DNA from: an uncultured Aminicenantes bacterium
GTDB lineage: Bacteria; Acidobacteriota; Aminicenantia; UBA2199
Reading direction: 5' to 3'
DNA length: 39,529 nt
Assembly: GCA_965195285.1 (NCBI GenBank)
Contig: CBDAFS010000018.1
Location: forward strand, 1-39,529
Shown: one piece after another, positions 1-8,223 of the stretch
Position numbering within the stretch: position 1 is the first letter of the stretch
How the letters are laid out: every line of letters begins with the position of its first letter
Made by a program: the position numbers and the translations under genes
The notes under the pieces: generated by a model
What the model saw: the letters and a program-made list of their open reading frames with translations, nothing else
The model's database searches: none
What the model was told of the DNA's origin: nothing

Positions 1-118
1 TCTTTCTACCATTCTTTATTTTTACAACTCATCCCTTTCACCCCATCAAATAAATCATCTCAATTAAACAGGGATCCTTAAAAAGTCGGGAACAATTGGT
101 TTCTTTATTCTTTAGACC

Positions 119-146
119 TGACCCCGATCATATGACCCCGATCATA
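119..146 (+). repeat. 14-bp tandem duplication TGACCCCGATCATA x2
   Basis: Exact copies at 119-132 and 133-146 in intergenic DNA downstream of the CoA ligase gene. Confidence 0.85.
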
Positions 147-243
147 TCAAAATTTGCACTTTTTCACGCACCGGTCCATTTTTTTTAATCATAGACTGAC
201 TACAAATCAATACTTTTCCTGCACAAATAGTTAATTGATTTTA

Positions 244-1827
244 TCAATCCGTACTCCTGAGTTTGAAACGCTGGATTTTTCCGGTGGTGCTTTTGGGGAG
301 GGTCTCAACGAATTCGATCCATCGGGGATACTTGTATTTGGCCATTTTATCTCTGGCAAATTTTTTCAGCTCTTCTTCCAGGGATTTGGACGGATTAATG
401 CCCTGGTGTAATACCACATGGGCTTTGGGTTTTACCAGTCCTTTTTCATCAATGGCCCCGGTTACCGCACATTCCAGCACCTTGGGGTGAGAGCACAGGG
501 TGTTTTCCACTTCCACCGGGGATACCCAGATGCCCCCGACCTTGAGCATATCGTCGGAGCGTCCGGAACACCAGTAATAACCCTCCGGATCCCGGTAGTA
601 TTTGTCTCCGGTATTGATCCATTCTCCGACCATGGTCTTGCGGGTTTTTTCCCGTTTATGCCAGTATAACTGGGCAGCTGAATCACCTTTTACCATCAGG
701 GTTCCCAGTTCTCCCTGGGGCAATTCCTGTCCATCGTCATCCACGATTTTGCATTCGTATCCCGGTACCGTCTTCCCGGTAGAACCGGGTTTGACCTCAC
801 CCATCCGGTTGGAGATGAATATATGAAGCATTTCGGTCGAACCGATACCGTCTAAAATTTCAATTCCGAATCGTTCCTTCCACTTGTGGTACAGGGCCGG
901 GGGTAAGGCTTCTCCTGCAGAAACACAGATCCGGACCGAAGCCAGTTCATGTTCGGCATTGGGATCGGGTTTGTTTCCGGCTTCCCGATCCTGAATGTCT
1001 TTGTATTCCAGCATTTTTCCATAAAGTGTGGGTACGCCGAAGAAAACCGTTGGCCTGAATTCCTTTAAAATGGAAAAGACCCCTTCCGGGGTGGGACTCT
1101 CCGCGTTTAGAACAGCCGATGCCCCCACTGCCAGGGGAAAATACATGGCATTGCCCAGGCCATAAGCAAAAAAGAGGCGGGCTGCAGAATAACAGATATC
1201 TTGCTCATTAAGGTTTAATATTCCGCCGGCATAGGCTTCCGATGTGACCACCATATCCTTCTGGGAATGGACCGCCCCCTTGGGTGAACCGGTGCTTCCG
1301 GAGCTGTACAGCCAGAAGGCCGCATCATCAACCATGGTGGCTGCCGGTTTGATGGTTGAGGGTGATCTCTTGTACTTCTGCCGAAAGGGGATACGGGCTC
1401 CATCCTTTTCCGACATGACGATCAAATCCCTGAGGTAGAGCAGGTCGCCCCTTATCTGGTTGATCACCGGCAACAGTTCCTCGGAAACCACCAGCACCCG
1501 GGCCCGGGAATCATTCAGGTAATATTCATAATCCTCGGGCGTCATCATGGTATTGACCGGAACCGGGATGGCACCGATCTTGATGGCACCCCAAAAAATG
1601 GCATAAAATTGGGGAATATCCAGAAGGAATATCAACACCCGGTCTTCGATGCGAACCCCGAGGTTGATCAGGGCATTAGCGGTTTTATTCACCATCTTCT
1701 GGATATCGTTATAGGTATAATTCCGGAACCGGGTATGTATGGCTACCTTATGGCCTCTTCCCTGGCGGATGTTTCGGTCAATAAAATAGTCGGTGGCATT
1801 AAACAGTTCGCTATTGGATTCACCCAT
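244..1827 (-). CDS. Benzoate-CoA ligase family (aryl-CoA ligase, ANL superfamily)
   Basis: 527 aa. P-loop FWLYSSGSTGSPKG, LFFAYGLGN, DGIGSTEMLHIF, GRSDDMLKVGGIWVSPVEVE and LPKSTTGKIQR motifs; AGGAGA RBS upstream. Confidence 0.88.
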   Translation of the reverse strand: MGESNSELFNATDYFIDRNIRQGRGHKVAIHTRFRNYTYNDIQKMVNKTANALINLGVRIEDRVLIFLLDIPQFYAIFWGAIKIGAIPVPVNTMMTPEDYEYYLNDSRARVLVVSEELLPVINQIRGDLLYLRDLIVMSEKDGARIPFRQKYKRSPSTIKPAATMVDDAAFWLYSSGSTGSPKGAVHSQKDMVVTSEAYAGGILNLNEQDICYSAARLFFAYGLGNAMYFPLAVGASAVLNAESPTPEGVFSILKEFRPTVFFGVPTLYGKMLEYKDIQDREAGNKPDPNAEHELASVRICVSAGEALPPALYHKWKERFGIEILDGIGSTEMLHIFISNRMGEVKPGSTGKTVPGYECKIVDDDGQELPQGELGTLMVKGDSAAQLYWHKREKTRKTMVGEWINTGDKYYRDPEGYYWCSGRSDDMLKVGGIWVSPVEVENTLCSHPKVLECAVTGAIDEKGLVKPKAHVVLHQGINPSKSLEEELKKFARDKMAKYKYPRWIEFVETLPKSTTGKIQRFKLRSTD

Positions 1828-1970
1828 GGCTGGTTTCTCCTTGTCCGATTTGATTCATTATTTTTCTCTGCTTTACCCCGGTGCGTTTGGTTACACCGGG
1901 ATGGTTCTCTATTTTACCTGAAAAAGGAAGTTGTTTCAATATTGCCAAAACCGTTATCAAGTCAACGTTC

Positions 1971-2570
1971 CTACTCTTTTATCAATTCTATGATTTCCTT
2001 TTGAATGGTTTTTCCTTTGTCTTTGGCATACCACAGCTGAATTTTTTTTATAACCTCTTCTTTTGGTTCTGTGGGATTGGTTTTGTGAGTTAGCATCAAT
2101 TGTTGGGCGGGGAATGGTCTGGGGCCCCATGTCCACAGCTCTTTTAAATCCGATTCCTTGAGGCAGATGAGCCTGGGAATCGCCCGGGCTCCACCGGTTA
2201 AATAGTTATCCATAATATCAAGGTTTTCATCCCGGGGGAGGATTTTTAATTCGATTTTGTCTGTGAGATCTGCTATTTTGGAGATAATTGGAACATTCTG
2301 GGCTGCGTCACCACACCAGGACTCACTCAGTAAAATCCAGTATAGTTGGGTTGATACATTTGTTATTGTTTTGATTGTTTCTGGTTTCAAATTAATGATT
2401 CTGTCCAGACGTTTCATCCGGTGCATATTCAATCTCGTATAATCTACCAGGGAGGTCGAATCATTGTTACGGGTTGTCTTTCCCTTATCCAGTAATTTCC
2501 TGGTCATTTCAAGATATTGAGAATAACTGAAGCCTTTTTTAATTTTTTTTAAAGTAAATGGTTCTAACAT
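1971..2570 (-). CDS. Thioredoxin-family protein (Thioredoxin_9 type, WCGD)
   Basis: 199 aa. YTRLNMHRMKRLD N-terminal helix, ESWCGDAAQNVP, GARAIP cis-Pro motif, WGPRP. Confidence 0.85.
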   Translation of the reverse strand: MLEPFTLKKIKKGFSYSQYLEMTRKLLDKGKTTRNNDSTSLVDYTRLNMHRMKRLDRIINLKPETIKTITNVSTQLYWILLSESWCGDAAQNVPIISKIADLTDKIELKILPRDENLDIMDNYLTGGARAIPRLICLKESDLKELWTWGPRPFPAQQLMLTHKTNPTEPKEEVIKKIQLWYAKDKGKTIQKEIIELIKE

Positions 2571-2584
2571 GTTTTCCTCTTTTT

Positions 2585-3493
2585 CTACTTACATTCTTCC
2601 AAAAAACATTCATCTTCCGGACTGTCAACTTCTATGGTGATGTGGTTGATTTTTAAGTTTTTCAATAATTGCTTGATGCGTTGTTTCAAATCCCTAATTT
2701 TCGGGTATTCATTGATCTCCTTTGAAATCAGGTGAAGGGTTAAAATATTGTACTGACCGTCCAGGGACCAGATATGCATGTCATGAATGCGTTCCACTCC
2801 GGGCAAACTCAATACCTGCTTTTCGATATAGTCGATATCGGTAGCGGTTGGAACTCCCTGGAGAAAGACCCGGAAACTGTTTTTCAGGTTTTTAAATATA
2901 TTGAACAGGATGAAGAGGGTGATAGCAATAGACAGGATGGGGTCAATGACCGGCAGTTCGATAAAAATCATAACCACGCTTCCGATCAATACGGCCAGCC
3001 AGCCCAGCACATCCTCCCATAGATGCAAAGATACCACTCTTTCATTGATTGACTTCCCTTTTCTCAATCTGAGTGCAGCCATTCCGTTAACTCCAACCCC
3101 CAGTAAGGCCAGGATGAACATTCCCCTGGCATCGGCAGGTTTCGGATAAAAAAGCCTGGGAATGGTTTCGTTCAGCACAAAAATAGAACCCACCAGCAAT
3201 ACCATGGAATTGATAACCGCACCCATCAGGGAGAAACGCTTGTAACCGAAACTGAACAATTTGTCTTTTCTCCGGCCTGACAATTTTTGAAAATACCAGG
3301 CCAGGCCCAGTGAAAGCGAGTCTCCGAGATCATGCAGGGCATCGGAAAGGATGGCCATGCTGTTGGTCAGGATACCGCCGACTATCTCCAGAATGATAAA
3401 AGCGGAATTTAATACCAATGCCGCTTTGATATTGGCAGTCGGGTGATTATCCTGGTGGGGAAATCCGGATTCTGGTTTGTTCAGGCCGGGCAT
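2585..3493 (-). CDS. Cation diffusion facilitator (Zn/Co/Cd efflux, CzcD-like)
   Basis: 302 aa. SMAILSDALHDLGD (TM2) and LHLWED (TM5) metal site, FSFGYKR, IHDMHIWSLDG and HITIE cytoplasmic domain motifs. Confidence 0.9.
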   Translation of the reverse strand: MPGLNKPESGFPHQDNHPTANIKAALVLNSAFIILEIVGGILTNSMAILSDALHDLGDSLSLGLAWYFQKLSGRRKDKLFSFGYKRFSLMGAVINSMVLLVGSIFVLNETIPRLFYPKPADARGMFILALLGVGVNGMAALRLRKGKSINERVVSLHLWEDVLGWLAVLIGSVVMIFIELPVIDPILSIAITLFILFNIFKNLKNSFRVFLQGVPTATDIDYIEKQVLSLPGVERIHDMHIWSLDGQYNILTLHLISKEINEYPKIRDLKQRIKQLLKNLKINHITIEVDSPEDECFLEECK

Positions 3494-3498
3494 GTTGT

Positions 3499-4272
3499 TC
3501 AGGGGATGATTATTGAATCCACAAACAGTTCATATTCATCATCCTCGTTGAGATCATGGATGCGGACCTTTTCTACTTCCTCGAAGCCCTCGATTTCGAG
3601 GATCTCGGATTCAAACAACAGCTTGACTCCTGAAGACATCAGTTCGTTTTTCAGCTCGACTCCAAAAGTGTCTTTCTTCTCATTGGTGAGTAAAACCACT
3701 CTCGGGGTTTGGGCAGTCAATCGTTTCGCCAGCCGGGCAGATTCTGGCCCCTGATATAAAATGAGTATCCGTTTATCTTTCAGCGGGGAAAGTTCAGTGA
3801 CTTGGTTGTATACACCCTTACCCAGGAACTTGCTTTGACCGGTGATTCCCTTAGGCGGCGAGGCCTGCGGTTGTTTCTCGCCGCCCGGAACCTCTTTTTG
3901 GTCCAGGAATTTATTTATGGCATCCCGCAGGGCATCGGCAGCCAGGTTGGAGCAATGCATTTTTACCGGAGGCAGGCCATCCAATTCATCGGCGACATCC
4001 TGTCGGCTGATTTTCAGGGCTTCCTCCAGGGTTTTTCCCTTGGCCATTTCGGTTATCATGCTGGCCGTGGCAATGGCCGATCCGCAGCCAAAGGTCTTCA
4101 GTTTGATATCCAGGATCCGGTTGTCCTTGACCTTTATATACATTTCCATCAGGTCTCCGCAAACCGGATTTCCCACCCGTCCGACCGACACATCATCGCC
4201 TTCCAGGGTGCCGACGTTTCGGGGATTGCGGAAATGGTCCAGCACTTTTTCCGAGTATTGGGTTGATTTCAT
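3499..4272 (-). CDS. iscU: IscU/NifU-N Fe-S scaffold fused to a C-terminal thioredoxin-reductase-like Rossmann domain
   Basis: YSEKVLDHFRNPRNVG, GNPVCGD, FGCGSAIA and KMHCSNLA give all three scaffold Cys in about the first 125 aa. The extra ~115 aa resemble the TrxB NADPH domain. Confidence 0.9.
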   Translation of the reverse strand: MKSTQYSEKVLDHFRNPRNVGTLEGDDVSVGRVGNPVCGDLMEMYIKVKDNRILDIKLKTFGCGSAIATASMITEMAKGKTLEEALKISRQDVADELDGLPPVKMHCSNLAADALRDAINKFLDQKEVPGGEKQPQASPPKGITGQSKFLGKGVYNQVTELSPLKDKRILILYQGPESARLAKRLTAQTPRVVLLTNEKKDTFGVELKNELMSSGVKLLFESEILEIEGFEEVEKVRIHDLNEDDEYELFVDSIIIP

Positions 4273-4274
4273 GG

Positions 4275-5438
4275 TTAATTCTCCTGTTGATATAGGGGTG
4301 ATAATTGTCTCAATTTGGCGACGACTCCGGGCAGTTCTTTCAGCAGGGTTTTTATATCTTCTTCTTGATTGAACCGGCCGCAGGTTAACTCCAGAGAACC
4401 GTGTGCCTCTTCATGCAGCAAACCCAGTGAGATCAAGGTATGAGACGGTTCCAGAGTTTTCGAAGAACAGGCTGACCCGGTGGCCACATCAATGCCCCTG
4501 TCTTTCAGAGACAGGAGCAGCGCTTCGCCTTCTATGCCTTCAAAGCGAAAATGGGCGTTGTTGGGCAGCCGCTCGGTCCGGTGGCCGTTCAGATATGACT
4601 GGGGGATTTTTTCCAGAACACCCTTGATCAGCCTGTCCCGGAACTTCTCCAGTTTCTCCGTTTCCCCGGGCATCTGTTTCTGCATGATGTCCACAGCCTT
4701 GGCCATGCCCACGATGGCCGGTATGTTTTCGCTTCCGGAACGCAGGCCATTTTCCTGACCCCCGCCGATGATGAGGGGATTCAAGCTTACCTCCTTTCTC
4801 TTGTACAGGACACCCAGGCCTCTGGGGCCGTAAATATCGTTGGAAGAAAGGGTCATCAGGTCGATATGATCCCGCTTGACATTCAGGGGAATCAAACCCT
4901 CGACTGCCACTGCATCGGAATGAAAAACGATATTTTTCTCCTGGCAGATTTCATTGATTTCCCTGACCGGTTGAATGGTGCCGATTTCATTGTTGGCATG
5001 GCCAATGGAAACCAGAATGGTCTTTTCAGTGATTCGTTGCTGCAGTTTGTAGGGATTGACCCGGCCGTATTGGTCAACCGGCACTTTTGAGACTGTGAAT
5101 CCGTTTCTTTCCAGGAATTTGGCAATATTGTGGATGGATATATGTTCGATTTCGGAGATAATGATATGGTTGCCCTTTTCCCGATTTCTCAGGGCCAAAC
5201 CAATCAGAGCCTGGTTGTTGGCTTCGGTGGCGCCCGAGGTAAAAATAATTTCATCTCTCTCGGCATGGATGAAATCGGCAATTTTTTGGCGGCATTGGTT
5301 CAGGACGCGGGTGGCCAGGTCTCCGGTCATGTGCAGTGATGATGGATTGCCGAACTGCTCATGAAAGTAGGGCTGCATGGCTTCGATGACCCGGGGATCG
5401 ACCGGTTTGGCAGATTGGTAATCCAAGTAGATATTCAT
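4275..5438 (-). CDS. iscS: IscS/NifS-family protein with the PLP Lys replaced by Asp (Archaeoglobus fulgidus IscS-like)
   Basis: 387 aa. FGNPSS, FTSGATEANN, NNEIGTIQP, GGGQENGLRSG and GSACSS present; SSNDIYGP occupies the canonical S-x-H-K-x-Y-G-P position. Confidence 0.9.
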   Translation of the reverse strand: MNIYLDYQSAKPVDPRVIEAMQPYFHEQFGNPSSLHMTGDLATRVLNQCRQKIADFIHAERDEIIFTSGATEANNQALIGLALRNREKGNHIIISEIEHISIHNIAKFLERNGFTVSKVPVDQYGRVNPYKLQQRITEKTILVSIGHANNEIGTIQPVREINEICQEKNIVFHSDAVAVEGLIPLNVKRDHIDLMTLSSNDIYGPRGLGVLYKRKEVSLNPLIIGGGQENGLRSGSENIPAIVGMAKAVDIMQKQMPGETEKLEKFRDRLIKGVLEKIPQSYLNGHRTERLPNNAHFRFEGIEGEALLLSLKDRGIDVATGSACSSKTLEPSHTLISLGLLHEEAHGSLELTCGRFNQEEDIKTLLKELPGVVAKLRQLSPLYQQEN

Positions 5439-5454
5439 AGGCGATTATCCTCCC

Positions 5455-5817
5455 TTAAAACCACATGGTGGCCCCTGAATCAAGGGCCAGATCGTTCAGG
5501 GTTCCCGCGCCCACTACCTTGATACCCGGAATGAGTTTACTTTGCTCCCAGCCAAACATCTGCTTGGAGGCTTCACAGGCATAGATCTCGATTCCCATTT
5601 CCAGGGTTTTATTGATTAAATCCATCACACTGGGAAAACTTCCCAGCTGGATTTTTTCGGCTTCTCCGGACAGTAATACCTTCAGCCCCTGACCCAGATA
5701 ATATATCCTGGGTTTTATATCCATGGCTTTTGCTGTCTGGGCCAGGACCAGCGGCGAATATTGTCTTTCCGGGATATCACTGGTTTGAACATACAGTATT
5801 GAATTTTCGTCTTTCAT
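5455..5817 (-). CDS. DsrE/DsrF-like sulfur-relay family protein
   Basis: 120 aa. DsrE pattern (LAQTAKAMD, IYYLGQGLKVL, GIEIYACEAS, VVGAGTL) with a single Cys; AGGAG RBS. Confidence 0.75.
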   Translation of the reverse strand: MKDENSILYVQTSDIPERQYSPLVLAQTAKAMDIKPRIYYLGQGLKVLLSGEAEKIQLGSFPSVMDLINKTLEMGIEIYACEASKQMFGWEQSKLIPGIKVVGAGTLNDLALDSGATMWF

Positions 5818-5826
5818 GATACTCTC

Positions 5827-6066
5827 CTATTTTTCTTTTTTGATGATGAATCTTAACATATTCCCCTTTTTCTCCAGCTTGACAAGGGTGTTTCCGGTTC
5901 GCTTGCACAGTCTTTTCAGATCCTCCTCGGCAGCCGGGTCATCGGCGATAACTTCAAGGGTTTCCCCGGCTTTCAGGGTATCGAGGGATTGGCGGGTTTG
6001 AAACAGGGGTTCGGGACAGTACAGGCCGACACAGTCCAGGGTTTTACTGGGTTTTTTATCACTCAT
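5827..6066 (-). CDS. tusA: TusA/SirA-family sulfur carrier
   Basis: LDCVGLYCPEP (CPxP) and GETLEVIADDPAAEEDL. Start placed at ATG 6066 after GGGGAGG RBS, overlapping the Rrf2 stop. Confidence 0.9.
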   Translation of the reverse strand: MSDKKPSKTLDCVGLYCPEPLFQTRQSLDTLKAGETLEVIADDPAAEEDLKRLCKRTGNTLVKLEKKGNMLRFIIKKEK

Positions 6067-6493
6067 TTTTTTCCTCCCCGAAAAATTGATTCTGACAAAT
6101 ATCTTCAAGGGTGATTCCGGTCATACTTTTTTTTAAGGATTTGTTGATTTTTAACCAGACATATTTGATCTGACAGCGTTTATAAATCGAACATTCCTTT
6201 TTATTGATAAAGGCGCATTTCTCGTAAAAATGCCTCCTGTTTTCCACCGCAGTATAGATATCCCACACGGTAATTTTTGAGGCGGATTTGTCCAGGACAA
6301 ATCCGCCGCCCGGACCCCTGATGCTCCGGGTGATCCCGGCATCCGAAAGATTCTTGAGAAGGTTTTCCAGGAAATGGGTGGATATATTTTGGTTCTCGGC
6401 TATGAGTTTCCGGTTCACGGGGCGGCTCTTTCCGGATACTGCAATTTCATACAGGGCCCGCAGCGAGTAAGATGTTTTTCTGGTAATATTCAT
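6059..6493 (-). CDS. Rrf2-family regulator, IscR-like, with three Cys
   Basis: 144 aa. ITRKTSYSLRAL, SIRGPGGGFVL wing, C-x7-C-x5-C putative cluster ligands; first gene of the isc operon. Confidence 0.9.
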   Translation of the reverse strand: MNITRKTSYSLRALYEIAVSGKSRPVNRKLIAENQNISTHFLENLLKNLSDAGITRSIRGPGGGFVLDKSASKITVWDIYTAVENRRHFYEKCAFINKKECSIYKRCQIKYVWLKINKSLKKSMTGITLEDICQNQFFGEEKNE

Positions 6494-6516
6494 GGTCTGG
6501 TTTTTACTCCGTCAAC

Positions 6517-6545
6517 ATTATAATATAGTTAACTAAAATTGTCAA
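6517..6545 (-). promoter_or_regulatory. Consensus sigma70 promoter of the Rrf2/isc operon
   Basis: Minus-strand TTGACA (6545-6540), 17-nt spacer, TATAAT (6522-6517), about 24 nt before the ATG at 6493. Confidence 0.85.
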
Positions 6546-6549
6546 CAAT
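6525..6549. promoter_or_regulatory. IscR type-1-like operator
   Basis: 25-bp imperfect palindrome ATAGTTAACTAAAATTGTCAACAAT, similar to the IscR type-1 consensus ATASYYGACTRwwwYAGTCRRSTAT; overlaps the -35. Confidence 0.7.
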
Positions 6550-6664
6550 ATGTGTGGGTTGATTTTGATTTCTTCATGGGATAGATACATTTTCAAACCG
6601 GACCGACCGGATTTGAGCTGGGGAGACAAATGTGCTAAACTCATCAAAGGTTAAGGAGGATCAC

Positions 6665-7168
6665 ATGACAGAGAAAAACATAGTTGATATATTGAAAGGT
6701 GCCATACTCCTGGAACACAGGGGCAAAGCCCTATATGATTCGGTGGTTAAGACCGCCACTGCCGAAGGGGTGAAGGAATTATTTGAATTTTTGGCGGACG
6801 AAGAAGTTAAGCATATCTCAATTCTTGAAAATCAATATCGAAAAATAAACCGGAACCAGGAACTTGATTCGCTGGACCCGGAGATGTCCGGCTCTCATCC
6901 CGATCACCCGGTTCTGAATGAAAAGATTGTCAGTGAAATATCCGGAGCCGGTTATGAAGCATCGGTGATCGCCGCGGCCCTGGATTTTGAAAAGAAAGCG
7001 GTGGCCTATTATTCAGAGTATGCTGTCTCGGCAACCAGCAGCAGCGAAAAGAAACTATATGAGTGGCTGGCCAACTGGGAAAAGAGTCATATGAATTTAC
7101 TGGCTGAACTGGATAAAGAGATCAGGGAAAAGGTCTGGTATGATAATAGTTTCTGGCCGCTGGATTGA
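6665..7168 (+). CDS. Ferritin-like (rubrerythrin family) diiron protein without rubredoxin domain
   Basis: AILLE..EEVKH and ALDFE..WEKSH paired ExxH motifs; AAGGAGG RBS before ATG 6665. Confidence 0.85.
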   Translation: MTEKNIVDILKGAILLEHRGKALYDSVVKTATAEGVKELFEFLADEEVKHISILENQYRKINRNQELDSLDPEMSGSHPDHPVLNEKIVSEISGAGYEASVIAAALDFEKKAVAYYSEYAVSATSSSEKKLYEWLANWEKSHMNLLAELDKEIREKVWYDNSFWPLD

Positions 7169-7178
7169 TATTTCGATA

Positions 7179-7625
7179 ATGAATAGAAAAAAGTTTAACA
7201 AAGTCATTGATTTTGCCATTGAAAGGGAAAAAAGTGCTGTGGATTTTTACCTGCATTTGAAGGAAGTTGTATTTTTCAAGGAAAAACAGGAACTGCTGGA
7301 TACACTGGTGGAAATGGAGAAGGTTCATATCGACGTATTGGAATCCATTCGTTTGAAAACCATGAAGAATGTTCTGCTGCCCCAGCTGGAAAGCCTGGAT
7401 GTTGAGGAATATGCCACTGAGGAAATTGTACCCTCTGCTGATCTGAGTTATCAGGATATTCTGTCCATGGCCATGCAGAGAGAAGAGAAATCATTTCGGT
7501 TTTATTCAAAAATAGCCAGTGAATCACAGGATCCGGAAATAAAGAAGTTGTTTTTAAGATTGGCTGCTGAAGAGGTTTGGCATAAAGCCCATTTTGAAAA
7601 ATTATTCGATGAGCTGATATCATAA
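7179..7625 (+). CDS. Ferritin-like (rubrerythrin family) protein
   Basis: FAIERE..MEKVH and AMQREE..EEVWH motifs. Start inferred from alignment with the downstream paralog. Confidence 0.82.
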   Translation: MNRKKFNKVIDFAIEREKSAVDFYLHLKEVVFFKEKQELLDTLVEMEKVHIDVLESIRLKTMKNVLLPQLESLDVEEYATEEIVPSADLSYQDILSMAMQREEKSFRFYSKIASESQDPEIKKLFLRLAAEEVWHKAHFEKLFDELIS

Positions 7626-7669
7626 AATGGAAGGAAAGACGGGTGAAATTTTTAAGTGGAGGTGTTAAG

Positions 7670-8128
7670 GTGGAAAAAAAAGAGTTTAATGACATTCTGA
7701 ATTTTGCTGTTGAACGGGAAGAGGAAGCCATCAAATTTTATCAGGATTTGCAGGACATGGTTCAATTTAAAGAAAAGCAGGAATTGCTGAAAGAATTTGA
7801 AGCCATTGAAAGAAGTCATGTTGTGATCCTGGAGAATATCAGGGAAAAAACCTTTGTGGATCTATACAGTCCCCCGGTTGAAGTTCAGAATCTGGCCATT
7901 TCAGATTATCTGGTCGAGGTTCCTCCTACCGAGAATATGAGTTATCAGGATATTTTAATCATTGCCATGAAGCGAGAGGAAAAGGCCAACAAATTGTATT
8001 CGGATCTGGCTGAGCGGACAGCCGATGAGGGAATCCGGACACTTTTTTTACAGCTGGCCTTGGAAGAATCCAAACACAAGCTGTATTTTGAAAAATTGTA
8101 TGATGAGGTTGTACTAACCGAAAATTAA
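7670..8128 (+). CDS. Ferritin-like (rubrerythrin family) protein
   Basis: FAVEREE..IERSH and AMKREE..EESKH motifs; GGAGGTG RBS before GTG 7670. Confidence 0.85.
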   Translation: MEKKEFNDILNFAVEREEEAIKFYQDLQDMVQFKEKQELLKEFEAIERSHVVILENIREKTFVDLYSPPVEVQNLAISDYLVEVPPTENMSYQDILIIAMKREEKANKLYSDLAERTADEGIRTLFLQLALEESKHKLYFEKLYDEVVLTEN

Positions 8129-8223
8129 CTTTTCTTTTTTAGTCATAACATATAAAGAATATATTTTAATAAGAGCCTGTTTTTTATTAATAGGGATAAT
8201 CAATAGATCCTAAGGGGGATATC

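Noticed and set aside
1-32. Possible minus-strand gene start (MSCKIKNGRK) running off the left edge
   Set aside because: Only 10 codons are visible, which is not enough to support a call.
3499-3501. Selenocysteine readthrough of the iscU-fusion TGA (and other TGA stops)
   Set aside because: The next gene starts 5 nt later, the TGA does not align with a catalytic Cys position, and no SECIS-like hairpin is evident.
4275-5438. iscS as a decaying pseudogene
   Set aside because: It is full length with an intact RBS and conserved structural motifs; the substitutions cluster in the PLP site and match a known natural variant.
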